Source of the DNA: Vicugna vicugna | Taxonomy: Eukaryota | DNA length: 64,000 bases | Reading direction: 5' to 3' | Assembly (NCBI GenBank): GCA_013265495.1 | Contig: MU062062.1 | Coordinates: forward strand, 2,090,747-2,154,746 | Part shown: in pieces, positions 13,321 to 24,203 of the stretch | How positions within the stretch are numbered: position 1 is the first letter of the stretch | Layout of the letters: the number at the start of each line of letters is the position of its first letter | Notes under the pieces: model-generated | Databases searched by the model: none | Seen by the model: the letters and a program-made list of their open reading frames with translations, nothing else | What the model was told of the DNA's origin: nothing | Made by a program: the position numbers and the translations under genes

Positions 13321-16300
13321 TGCTAAGCTCCTTTTCGATTATTGCAACAGTAACAATCTGCCACAGGAAAAAAAAAAAGTACAACTTAAAGTTTCATGGA
13401 AATAAATTAAAAAAATTGGCATTACTTCCTGTGAGATTTTACATGTATGAAGAATAATACCAACTAATAATGGTTAAATACGAGAGTCCACTGAGATGAT
13501 AAGTGTAAAGGACTCAGGAAACAGTCTTCGCTGTTACTGCCATTATTAAAATTACCCTCAGAAACTAAGAACTGTATGAAAACAATGAACGTTCTGCAAC
13601 TTTTCTGAGAGAAGTTGCATCTTTCTTCTGAAAGATTGATCGCACAAACGCTTCTTCCTTTCAGGTGCGAGAGGCACATGTTAAAAGCAGTGCACGTGAG
13701 AAAAATACTGAAAACAAAAGACAGGACTATTGCTTTCCCAGAAAACAATTTTTTCAGACAGTTTAGCTTACTGGAGAAAGAATATCTTCTAGAAATATTT
13801 CTCCTATTGTTTTCCCCTGAAGAATCTAAATTATTCTTCACTGACTGGGTGATAAAAGGCGTCCGGGGATCAGAAGTTGCGAACTGCCCAGTGGCAAATG
13901 GGACTGGACAGCTGGCATCTGGTCTACCTGACAGCTATACTTAGGAACGCGATTCAGGTGATACCATCAAGTGAGCTGAAAAACCGGCCCACCATCGAGC
14001 TAAGAAGAAAGTACAACCGCAGAATATTCCTGCAGTTCGCAAGCGATTCAGCCCCTTAGGTGTGGCGGTGACTGGTGGGCGGTGTTTGCACATGAGTTTG
14101 CACTGCTGGGTTTTCCACAGCCTCAGCGAAAGCACAGAAAGTTGTGTGAGACCCACCTGACCCTCATAGCTCGTGTTTTCCTGAAGACCCCGTTTCCTGA
14201 TTTGACATGGAGTCCCATTCCTGGTATCCCGCTGCTTCTCCCATCAGACTCTGGAGACTCCATCAGGCAGCATCTTACAGTCAGTATCTGGTCCCTGGTT
14301 CGTTTGCCTTGGACTGAGCTCTCGCGTGCTCCCGGCTGATCTGTGTTAGAGTGTAGCCATTTCTGAGGAAACCAGTGCCGAGCAGCCTCTGGGGTGGGCT
14401 AGGAATGAATTAGACTGTGGGAAACTAAAAATTAAAACTGAAAGTAAAATCTATAGCTGCCATTCATCATCACGACACCAAAATCGTGCTACAATTTGGG
14501 GAAATGTTTGTGGCCTGATGGGCTGCAGAAAGCAACCTGTGAAGCCAAGTGCTACATATTTTAAAGGAACGTAGCATATGCACCAAAAAGAGAAGAAGAA
14601 ATGGAGGAGGAGTGACGGAAATGCCTCACGCGCTGGGGAAGATGATGGAGCGTTAGAGAGACGAGACAGGGCGTTACATGTAAAGCAGGCAAGATCAACC
14701 CATGAGGGTCAGAATGACTGACCGAAGGTCGCCCAGCACACGAGGGGCCTGGGCCAGCTTGGACCTCAGTCCGTCGTGTTTATTTGGCTTCATGTGGTTC
14801 ATCGTGACTGCAAACCCTAATGCCCATCGGTGATGTAACTGCGTGGTGAGACCAGAGGAATCCAGGAGTGGATGATGGCCTCCGTCCATTTAAAAAAAGG
14901 TGGAGATGCTCTCTGCCCGGGATCCAGAGCGGACATTCCTCTGGGGCTCCAGAGAGCAGCTCCGGCTCGAACCCGTCTGCCCACCCAGAGAGCAGGGGAG
15001 AGTGAGCCAGGGGCGCTGGCACGGGGCTCGGTCCTCCCGCATGGACTGGAGTCCCGTGGGCCGTTCCACGTACAGGACGTTAGAGCTCAGGTCAAGAATC
15101 TCACATTAAAAATAAAGGAAAATAGGAGTTTTGTTCAAAATAACGAAACAGGGTTATTTTGGCTCTTACTTCCTCAAACTATAACAGGCGTCTTGTCTTT
15201 GGCTCGTTTTAACCTTTCTCTGTTTCCCTGCGCCTTCCCTGTGAATTTTTACCTCCCAGTCTTTGTTCCCGCCGCTGCCCCATCCCCAGGTTCTTGCTTG
15301 TCCACAGGACGCATGTCAGTGTCCCAAACCTCTCACGTCCCCCCGGGCTTGTATCAGAATCACGTCCCCACCGTGAGGTCTTTCCCAGCCCTCAGGTGAG
15401 CTCCGAGTTCCCGTCTTCACCTGTTTCTCGCTGCTAATAATTCTCCACTTTGCTCAGGGGAGTCACGTCCTCTTCAAGTTCACATTTCTTAACAGCAGGA
15501 CTATTTCATATACATCCGCTAAAGTGACCGAAGAAGATAATTCAGGTGATGCAGACAGACTTTATTGAACATCTCCAGACACGGACAGTCTGCTCTCGGA
15601 GAACCGGGCGGTAGGGCAGAAGGGGGGAGCTTATGGGATAAGGAGAAGGACCAGGAGGGGAAACACTGATGGCGTGTGATCGCTGGGCCACGCGGCACAC
15701 CTCATCGGGGTGGGAAGGCCCGGGGCTGGTCTGGCCTGAGGGGGTGGGCTGGCTGTCCTCGTTGCTGGTCGCGCGGAGAATTCGCAGGGGCAGGAAGGTA
15801 ATTGAAGTTTCTGTCTGCTGATGGGCACCCCGGGTGGAGGCAGCTCATTGTGGGCCTGGAAATGGATTCCAGCACGTCCTTTAGGTCATCAGCTTTCAGG
15901 TCAGCACAGTGCTGGGCACACAAACACTGCCCAGAGAGGCTGCTGGGCTCCCATGGCTCATAAACCGTCAGATGCAACGTCCCAGCTGGAGGGGGTCTCC
16001 TCCTGGGCCGTGCACACCCTGGGACTGTAGAGGCGTGAGCTGCGACGTACTGATGCCCACTACGGAGACAGAGCAACTGTTCCCGTGTGTAAACGAAAAC
16101 CGTGTATATATGTGTACATTAGAGCTACGTGTACATATACTGGGGCGTGTGTCCGTACGAATGTGTAGAAAAAATGTTTCCTTATTTACATCTTTTAGAA
16201 AAACAATTTACTAAAATTTATTTTCACAAACTTTATACATTGTTTCTGGAGTACTGAAAAAGAATTTCCCCAATGCCTTTCCGCTCTCCAGCGAAAATTC

Positions 16301-19300
16301 TTCTTAACTCTGAGTTCCTTAACGCAGCTGCTGGCTTGTGATGAGCAAGCGCATTCAGGTGAGCAGAACGTGTTAGCCCTCACGATTGTATTTATCCAGA
16401 TACGTAGCTAGTGTCTGTCTCTAATTCTTTATCCAAATAGCATGAACACAGATATGGTGAGATTAATAGAAAATGCCAAAGAGTAAGAAATAGAAGGATC
16501 CTTGCATAATGTCTTTGGAAGAATATTCACCTTGAAAGAGAGCATAGTCAGTAGTAAATCAAGATGCGTCAGAGTTACACAGAGCAGATGAATTTCCATC
16601 ATAGAAAATAAGACCTTTTTATTTAAATGAAATCACTCGTTTAGAGAAAAAATGTAAAAGTTGAAATGGCAGTTAAGGTGGCTTCTCCCCAAGGAACATT
16701 TAGACACGTCTGTGTGCATTAAAATCTTTCAGTGTTCTGTTCCCTAAAAGCTTTGGAAGGTAGAAATTTGTAGAAAACAGAAATTAAGTGTTCCTGATGT
16801 AAGTGCATTTTTTGTTATTGTCTAGGTGTTTACAACGCCACAAAGAGTTACATGGAGAGTAACACAACTCCAGTCCTGACATTGTCACATATCATTATTC
16901 TGAAATATTAAAGGAGCGTTTGAATGAAGAGCCCGGCATAATTGCCTTTTAAACCACCAGCATTACCAGCTTTTGAGCATGAGAAATAAATGCGTTCACT
17001 AAAAATCAGTATAAAGAGTTTCTTTGAAACAAAAAGTGATCTGGGCTAATTACAAAAGGAGTGAAAAAAATAATAGCAGCTGTTAGGAAATTATAGGCTT
17101 TCCTCGTGATGAGCCTCCATATTGAAAATGCTAGAGAACGAACAGACAGTTGACAGCAATGAGTGGTTTCCGAGGGCTGCCCTGTGCATGTAAGGTCATT
17201 CATTCCATTCACACGCGCGCGCACACACAGTGAGAACCTTGTAAAAGTGGCTTCTGTTACAAAATGAAGTGACATCGCAAAAGGCGGTGACTAGGGTTTG
17301 AACCTAAGCTACGCCCTGGCCTCTCTGGTTGGCAGGTCGTTCCCTCACCACAGCCAACGTCCGTTCGGTTAACAAGACAAACTCCGTCCCGGGCCTGGCG
17401 GTGTTCACTGGCAGCATGTCCCAACCACAGAGGCTTTATAATAAAGACGTCTTGTGAAATGGGTTTCATTTAAAATACTGTTACGCATTTTGCTGAATTT
17501 CCTGTTGTGCACGATACGGTCGCACACCATCCCTGTGGTCCGTCCCCATCCCACGTTGGTGACTGGCGGTGTCGGCGGGAGGCGAGAGCGCCCTGAGTGA
17601 CAGGTGGGCACGCGACGTCAGCCCGTGGGGCTGGGCAGGGTGCGCTCTGGCCGTGAGGGGACAGGGACCGCGTGCCGGCCGGGGTCAGGGCTCAGAGTGG
17701 CCCCAGAAGCCCCCGGCCCTGGTCCTCATGCCAGCAGGGATCACACGGTCTCTGCTGGTTTTCTCTCCTGGAAATACCCTGGGAGGATCAAAGCCTCAGA
17801 AGGTTCCCACAAGTCAGTTTTACCCGAAGGCAGCGGCTCACGCAGGCCTCACACGGTGAGGACGCCACTCCTCCCGGGCCACGCGCCAGGCAGCACGTCC
17901 CCGAGGGCTTCTGGCCGGCTGCTGCTTCCACCCCGCTGGCACGGTCCTCTTGCTGGAGGCGTCCCAGATCCTGGCCCAGGATGGCCACAAGCCCACCTTT
18001 GTGCTCCCGGGGCTCCCAGGTGGGCTGCAGGAGCCCTCATGTTGGTCCTTAGCTTCCTGGGGCCTGACATGACCCCTGTCAACCGGGGGCCTGAGCAGGC
18101 AGCGCCGTGTCGCCTCACCTTGGAGTCACCCGCAGGGGCTGGACGTGGGCGTGGGGCAAGCTGTCCATGAACATTTGCCGAATATATTCATTCAAAGGGA
18201 TAAAAACAGCGTTAAGTAAAACATTTCCTAATTGCATTTAAATGAGAATTCCTGACACCCCCTCTGTTAACATTACCTGTTTGTGTCTCTTAAATCTTCT
18301 CTCATCATCAACTTATTCTCAGTCTAACAGCTTGATCCAAGCATCCTCTTAGTAATAGGACTGTCTTCCTTCTGATTAAAAAAAACTCAGTATCTGAATG
18401 TTAAAATAGCCACGTTGTTCTTTCGTATCTGTCCAGCGTGCATCGGCTCGTCCAGTAATGAAATAACAACGGAGTAACAGTCATGCTGCAGTGTGAGGCA
18501 GACTGAGGCTTCTGTCCGAGCAGAAATGTTACTCATTTTCTAAATTTGCTTTAGTCTTGTATTTATAGAACAACTAACGTTCTCAAGGAATCGTTTCAGC
18601 TTTTCAGACATTGTGCACACATGCCCACACCCCATCCTTTGGCTTCTCCCTGAGCTGGGATCAGACTCTCTTCTTCTTCCGGGATTTCCCCATCGGCGTC
18701 GGGGGCAGCAGCACTAACGCCACTCACGGTCCTCAGAGGAAAGACGTCGAGGTGGAGGTCCGGGCACCGTTGGACTAGGACCGCAGTCCTTGTGAATGTG
18801 GTCGAAGCGCTTGGTGTCCGCGTCTGTAGGACGGGAGTGATGACTTTCTGCGCGGGGTGGTCGCGACCTGGGTGCGGCCGCTTACCCGTGCGTTTCACCC
18901 GTTTCCCTGGCTGCGCTCTGAGATGCCCTTCCCTCCCCTTCCCCTCAGATCACCTAAAACTCCACCACACATATGGCCTCCAGTCGGGCTCATTAAGCAG
19001 TAGGAATAGGACATTTTAAAGTCCTGCATTACCCTGTATGCAAAACATACAAATTAAGATGCATCAGTCTTAATTTGACTCAAATCTGCCACAGTCCCGA
19101 GTGCGCGGTGGTCGTGGCGACCTTGTGTCTCTTGCCCGAGGCTCAGCTTCCTCTTGCACAACGTCTTTCTTTACCCTCTCGTGTTACTCCCTCTATGATT
19201 GTGATCGTTGCCTTTCTCGATGCTTACATCAGAGGCGAGATGCAAACCTGAATTCTTTCTGGACCAGATGGAAAATAAAAGACTCAGTTTTCAAACTTGG

Positions 19301-20064
19301 GCTGAGGTGGCAGCAAAGGGCTTTTCCTGTTCTGTCTTTGCCTTCCCTTTCACACGTGTATACCAGCCAGGTTCATCTCCACCCAGGACCACCTCTGGGA
19401 CTCGTTCGAGAACTTTCCTGGGGGCCTCTGCGGGCCTCTGCTCTGCTAGGTTCTGGGGTGTGACAGCGAGCCTGCGACCCGTCCTTGCCCTCGGGGCTCC
19501 ATGCCCAGCCCAGCCTTCCCTGCCCCAGAACGACGGCTCAAGAGGCACGGCCACCAGCAAGTCAGACACAGCAGAAGACGGGACCCCTGGGAACCTCCCA
19601 TTCTTTTCTGAGTGAATATGTCTTAAACTGTCCCACAAGCCAGACAGCGCAGTCTGCTGTCAGACAGAGGCGGTGGATAGCAACCCCGGCCTTCGTGAGA
19701 TCGGCAACTCTGGGACCTAGGCCTTTGCATTTGGGAAAGTAAGTGAGCATGCTAGACCAAGACACACTCAGGAAAAAAGCCCTTAGCAAAAGTGCAAATG
19801 TAAAGACCACAGTAATTAAGTAAAACATCATGAAAAAGAAAACTCAGTGTTTTGTAAAAATTTGGAGAGTTAAGGGGCACATGCTTTGTTCTTACCTCTG
19901 TTGACTTTTGCTCTAAATACCTGGAGAGGCCAACTGTCCCCATTAGCCGACATCTGCCAGTGACAAAGACCTGCAATTAAAATCAATCTTTACGCTCTCA
20001 AGCAATTTCTGAATATGTCCTAATGTACATAAGCCAACCGAACAGTTAAGTCTCTATCATCCAG

Positions 20065-20290
20065 AGATCTCATTCATTCATTCAGTTAATGGGCGGGCAC
20101 CTCCCACGAGGTGTCCAGCATTACTCTGGGGACACGTGGTAACAAAGCAACATAGTTGTGGAATTTACAGGATTTAGAGAAAGGAACCTGAGTAAAATAA
20201 CCCTATCAGTACAGCACCGTGTGTACGATTCAGAGTGTTACGAGCTGTGATGAGTGCTGTTCGGGAAAGTGGCAGGAGCTCTGGGGGCTG
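20065..20290 (-). mobile_element. L2 LINE 3'-end remnant
   Basis: tcattcattcattca followed by cacctcc...ccagcatt...ggggacacgtggtaacaaa is a typical antisense L2 tail. Confidence 0.5.
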
Positions 20291-20459
20291 GCAGCGGCCC
20301 CTGACTGCATCAGTGGTGGAACGGGGCGGGGGCCGGAATTCTTGTTTCGTGGAGGATTTTTCATTGTAAATGCATTGCCTTGAATGGCTGTAAGACTACA
20401 GGTTTGCAGCTCTCCTGTCTTGGTTGGGTTTCCATGGTTTGTATTTTTCTGGAACCCCT

Positions 20460-21700
20460 GTCTTCTAAGCTGTTGAGTTTGTGGACATAAAGTTGTTCAT
20501 CATATTCCCTTGTAATTTTTGTGGTGACTGCATGAGCTGCACTGATGCCCCTGGTTTCATTCCCGAGGCTGGTGACTCATGTTTTCTGTCTTTTTGGTTT
20601 TGCAAAATGTTTGTCAGTTTTACGGATCTTTTGAAGCTCTTTTGATGAATTATCTCTGTTTTCCTCTTTTTAATCACATTGATTTCTTCTCTTTATTATT
20701 TCATTTCTTCTGGCGGCTTTGGGTTTTTTCTTCTTTTTCTGGTTTCTTACAGTAGGAAGTTGCTTGCTGGTTTGAGACCTTCCTTCCTTAGGGTCTAATG
20801 CGAGCATTTAAGGCTATCAGTGTCCCTCTTGGCACAGCCCTAGCTGCACCCTGCGTGTTTGGGGATGTTGCACTTTCATTCCTGTTCAGTGCAGTGTCGT
20901 TTTCTTCCTTTGATGCTCCATCCTTGATGCACTGATTATTTAGAAGTGTGTTGATTAATTTCCAAGTGTTTGGAGATTTTATTATATTTTTAAGTTGCTG
21001 ATTTCTAGTTCAAGTCCATCATGTTCAGAGAACACACTCTGTAGGATTTCAGGTTTTTGGAATCTGCTGAGATTTGTTTTATGGCCCAGGCTATGGTCTG
21101 TCTTGGTGACTGCACCACAAGCACTTGAACAATGTGTGTGTTGCGTGATGTCGGCTGAAATGTTCTCTGAATGTCAAGCCGCTCCCGTTGGTGGGCAGCG
21201 TGGTTCAGTTCTGCACTTGCTGACTTTAGTCTGGTCGTGCTGTCAGCTGCCGAGAGTGAGGTGCCGAAGTCCCCAAGTGTAACGCTGCATTTGCTTCTCT
21301 CACTTCAAGTCCATCAGGTTTTGGTTTCTGTTCTGGTGCTCTGCTATTTGACGAGTCCGCATTTAGGCTGGTTATGCGCTCCCAGTGGGCTGATCCCGTT
21401 TCTGTTATGCAGTTCCCTCTTTGTCTCTCGTAGTCTTCTTTGCTGTGGGATCCGCTTCATCTGATCTTCAAGTAGCCACTCCTGGTTTTTATCACGGCCC
21501 CGTGGCACGTCTTTTCCCATCCTTTTACCTTCAACCTTCTGTGTCAGTGGCTGTAACTGGAGTGAATTCATGTAAACAGCACACTGTTGGTCAGGGCTTT
21601 ATTTTTTGTTGTTTTAACCCACTTTGCAAATCTCTGCTTAAGTGACGTTTCAGGTGATTTAACTGAAGGTAGTTATTGATATGTTGGGGCTTAAGTCCGC
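20460..21700 (-). mobile_element. Ancient L1M ORF2 fragment (endonuclease-proximal region), degenerate
   Basis: Covers the same L1 region as the 5.1-6.4 kb fragment (gttgattaatttccaagtgtttggagatttt; gttttatggcccagg; ttttaccttcaacct). ORF 20465-20677 is L1-like (KSFKRSVKLTNILQ). Confidence 0.8.
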
Positions 21701-22044
21701 CCCTCTATTACAATTCCATTTTGATGGGCCTGGGCTACGCATCTGTAAAGAAGGGAGCAGGACAGGGCAGGCGAACAGCTGTAGCTCAGTGCGGTGCCAT
21801 GCGGCCACAGCCGCCTGCCGACAACAGCAAAGCAGCAAAACCAAACCCTGCCCGCACACAGACACAGCCGAGTCTGCCAGCTGCGGCGCTGGCGTCCTTG
21901 GCAAACATCAGACGTCTGATCAGAGCTCCTGAACTCTGCGCACGAGAGGGAACGTCCTTCCTAGACCAAAATTCAAACAAGAATATCGAGCACTCTTCAT
22001 GCTGGAGGAGGCAGGGCAGAGTGGAAGAAGAATGGATGCAAGCC

Positions 22045-22190
22045 ACCTGGGCTTCCCCCCAGCTCAGTCACTTACTAGCTGGTGATGCTCAGCAAATGAG
22101 TCTGGGTTTCAGTTTCCTCATCTGTAAAATGGGCATAGCACCACCTGCCCCCCAGGGTCGCCGAGAGGGTCGAGACTCGTGCACTTACTC
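22045..22190 (+). mobile_element. MIR SINE remnant
   Basis: cacttactagctg...tcagtttcctcatctgtaaaatggg is the MIR core. Confidence 0.75.
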
Positions 22191-22809
22191 AGTTACTGGT
22201 GACTCTTGGGGTGTGTGTGGACGTCCCTGGTACGCACGGGCAGTGGGGGCCTGAGAGGCTGACCACAGGGGCTGGAGGAGCAGAGGTGGGAGTGGCCGTG
22301 AGAGGCCTGTCATTACCATGCAGGGTCGAGGTCAGAGGTGCTGGGGACTGGTCAGGGCGCTGGCTCTTCTTTGCCACCTTAGTTCACTGGCACCTCTGTA
22401 TTGTGGCCACCACAGAACTGCCTGTTTAAGACTCTGCTCCTAGTCTGTTGGGAGAATGAGGCCATTAAAGGGACAGATGGTCGCAGTGTGGGCAGACGTG
22501 TTGACCAGAACAGCCTGTCCGCACCCCAGCCTCGAGGCGTTTCTGGCCAGACCTCCAGTTCCCTTCTCTTCAGCTCCCACCCTTGAGCTGGTGTCCCTGC
22601 TCCGCCGGGCTCAGACCTCGGCCCCGGTGCCACATGTCCCCACGGAGTTAAGTACAATAAACTCAGCCCCTCTCCTTGGGGTGCAGGTTGGGGCGGTGCT
22701 CCTCTCCCTCCACCCCTCCAGCAGGCTTTCAGGGAGCTGGAGGGGAGCAAGACGAGACCGGAGGACTTGCAGGGCTGGGGGACAGGAGGGTCATCCAGCC
22801 TCACCCCAC

Positions 22810-23160
22810 CTACAGGAGCGGGCTGCGCAGGCCAAGCTTGTCAGGCCCCGCCGAGCGGGCAGGCGGGTCTCCCGCTCGCGGCAGTGGCGGTGGCGGAGGA
22901 GAAATGAAGGCGGACGGGGAAGGGCTGGGAAAGGCGGAGGCTGAGAAGCGCGGCAGGTTTTCCCGTCTGTCGCTGTCCTGTGCGCCGCCCGACTCGCTCA
23001 CGGACAACGGCTGGTCCGTCTCGCAGGCTGCGCAGCCCTCCCGAGCCGCCCGCCCTGTGGACCTGCCTGCCCGGCGCCTGGCGTCCCGCCGCTGCCCGGG
23101 AGCCCAGGACGCTTCCCTGCGCTAAGCCGCGGGCTCCCGGACACGGCAGGGCTTGACTGC
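22810..23160. promoter_or_regulatory. Intronic CpG-island-like segment
   Basis: Very high GC with dense CpG (gccgagcgggcaggcggg...gccgcccgccc...gccgcgggctcccgg). Function is not shown. Confidence 0.55.
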
Positions 23161-24165
23161 CCTTCTTGTGTTAGTTCTGTTTGTCACGTCAGGTCGGATG
23201 TAAAACATACGCACGACCTTCTCACCAGCGCAGCGCAGCTCACAGGGCCTGCGGCCGGGGGGAGGCAACTAGCCCCTGAGACTGGTTTCTGCATTTCCAA
23301 GCAACGCTGCCCGCCCCTCGCTGGGCGTCCTCGGACCTCCTTCTCTGCCGACTGACCTGCCCCTGGAAGGCTGGGATTTTGGCGGGAGTCAGCGTTTGCT
23401 AGTCTCTTCCAGCATGTGACCTCCACAAGGTCTTCACGGAGATTAAAACATACCCAACTCGACCATGGAATTCAGGCCGACAGATGGAGATGCGGGAGAG
23501 AGGCGGGAGTTGAAGGGTCACCAAGCCACGGGCAAAGCTGGCTCTCAGTGGGCAGCAGCCTGAGGACCTTTGATTTGTTTCTGCAAATCAAATGGCTCTA
23601 GCAAAGGAAGGCTCTCCTTGTCAGAGACCCCGGTGGTTCCCCGCAGGGACCTGCCGAGCGAGCCAGAGGACAGTCTGCAGAGGAGACTGAACGTTGAACG
23701 CAGCGCGCTGTGGATCAGCACGCTTCAGGCCTTGCTCGAAGATGCTCAAGTTAATCCAACCGAAGTAACGTTTGTCGAGTATCTGTTGTGCTCCCGGACA
23801 AAGCGTAGTCTCTGTGCTCTGGGAAGATTCAAACTTACTCGGGGAGACAGAAATTTAAACAAATGAATGCCGTTTAGCATAACACGTCCTGAAAAGCAGG
23901 TGGCGAGTGAGGTGCAGTGGAGACGGGGGAGAGGAAGCTGTGACCGGTTCACACTGTCATGAAACCAAATGAAGCAACACAATGAAATCTCAATTCTTGT
24001 TTCTGCAAATCAAGACAAATTATGGAACAATGCTGTGTCTCCTTTGACCAGAAAGGCTTCATGTGTCAAGGAGCAAGACAGAGGTTCCATTCTCCTTGAA
24101 CTCTGACCACCGCGTTCTATTATTTTCCCAGTCAATAATAAGGTATCAGGGGTTACTGCACACGA

Positions 24166-24203
24166 GTGCGCGCGCGCACACACACACACACACACGCACA
24201 CAC
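24166..24203. repeat. Compound (GC)n(CA)n alternating purine-pyrimidine tract
   Basis: gtgcgcgcgcgcacacacacacacacacacgcacacac. Confidence 0.95.

Noticed and set aside
15575-15595. REST/RE1 element (CACGGACAG)
   Set aside because: Only the right half-site matches. The same is true at about 26823.
19613-19738. 126-nt cryptic exon ending at AAA|GTAAGT
   Set aside because: The donor is strong, but the acceptor is a poor GAG and the frame hits TAA after four codons. There is no further support.
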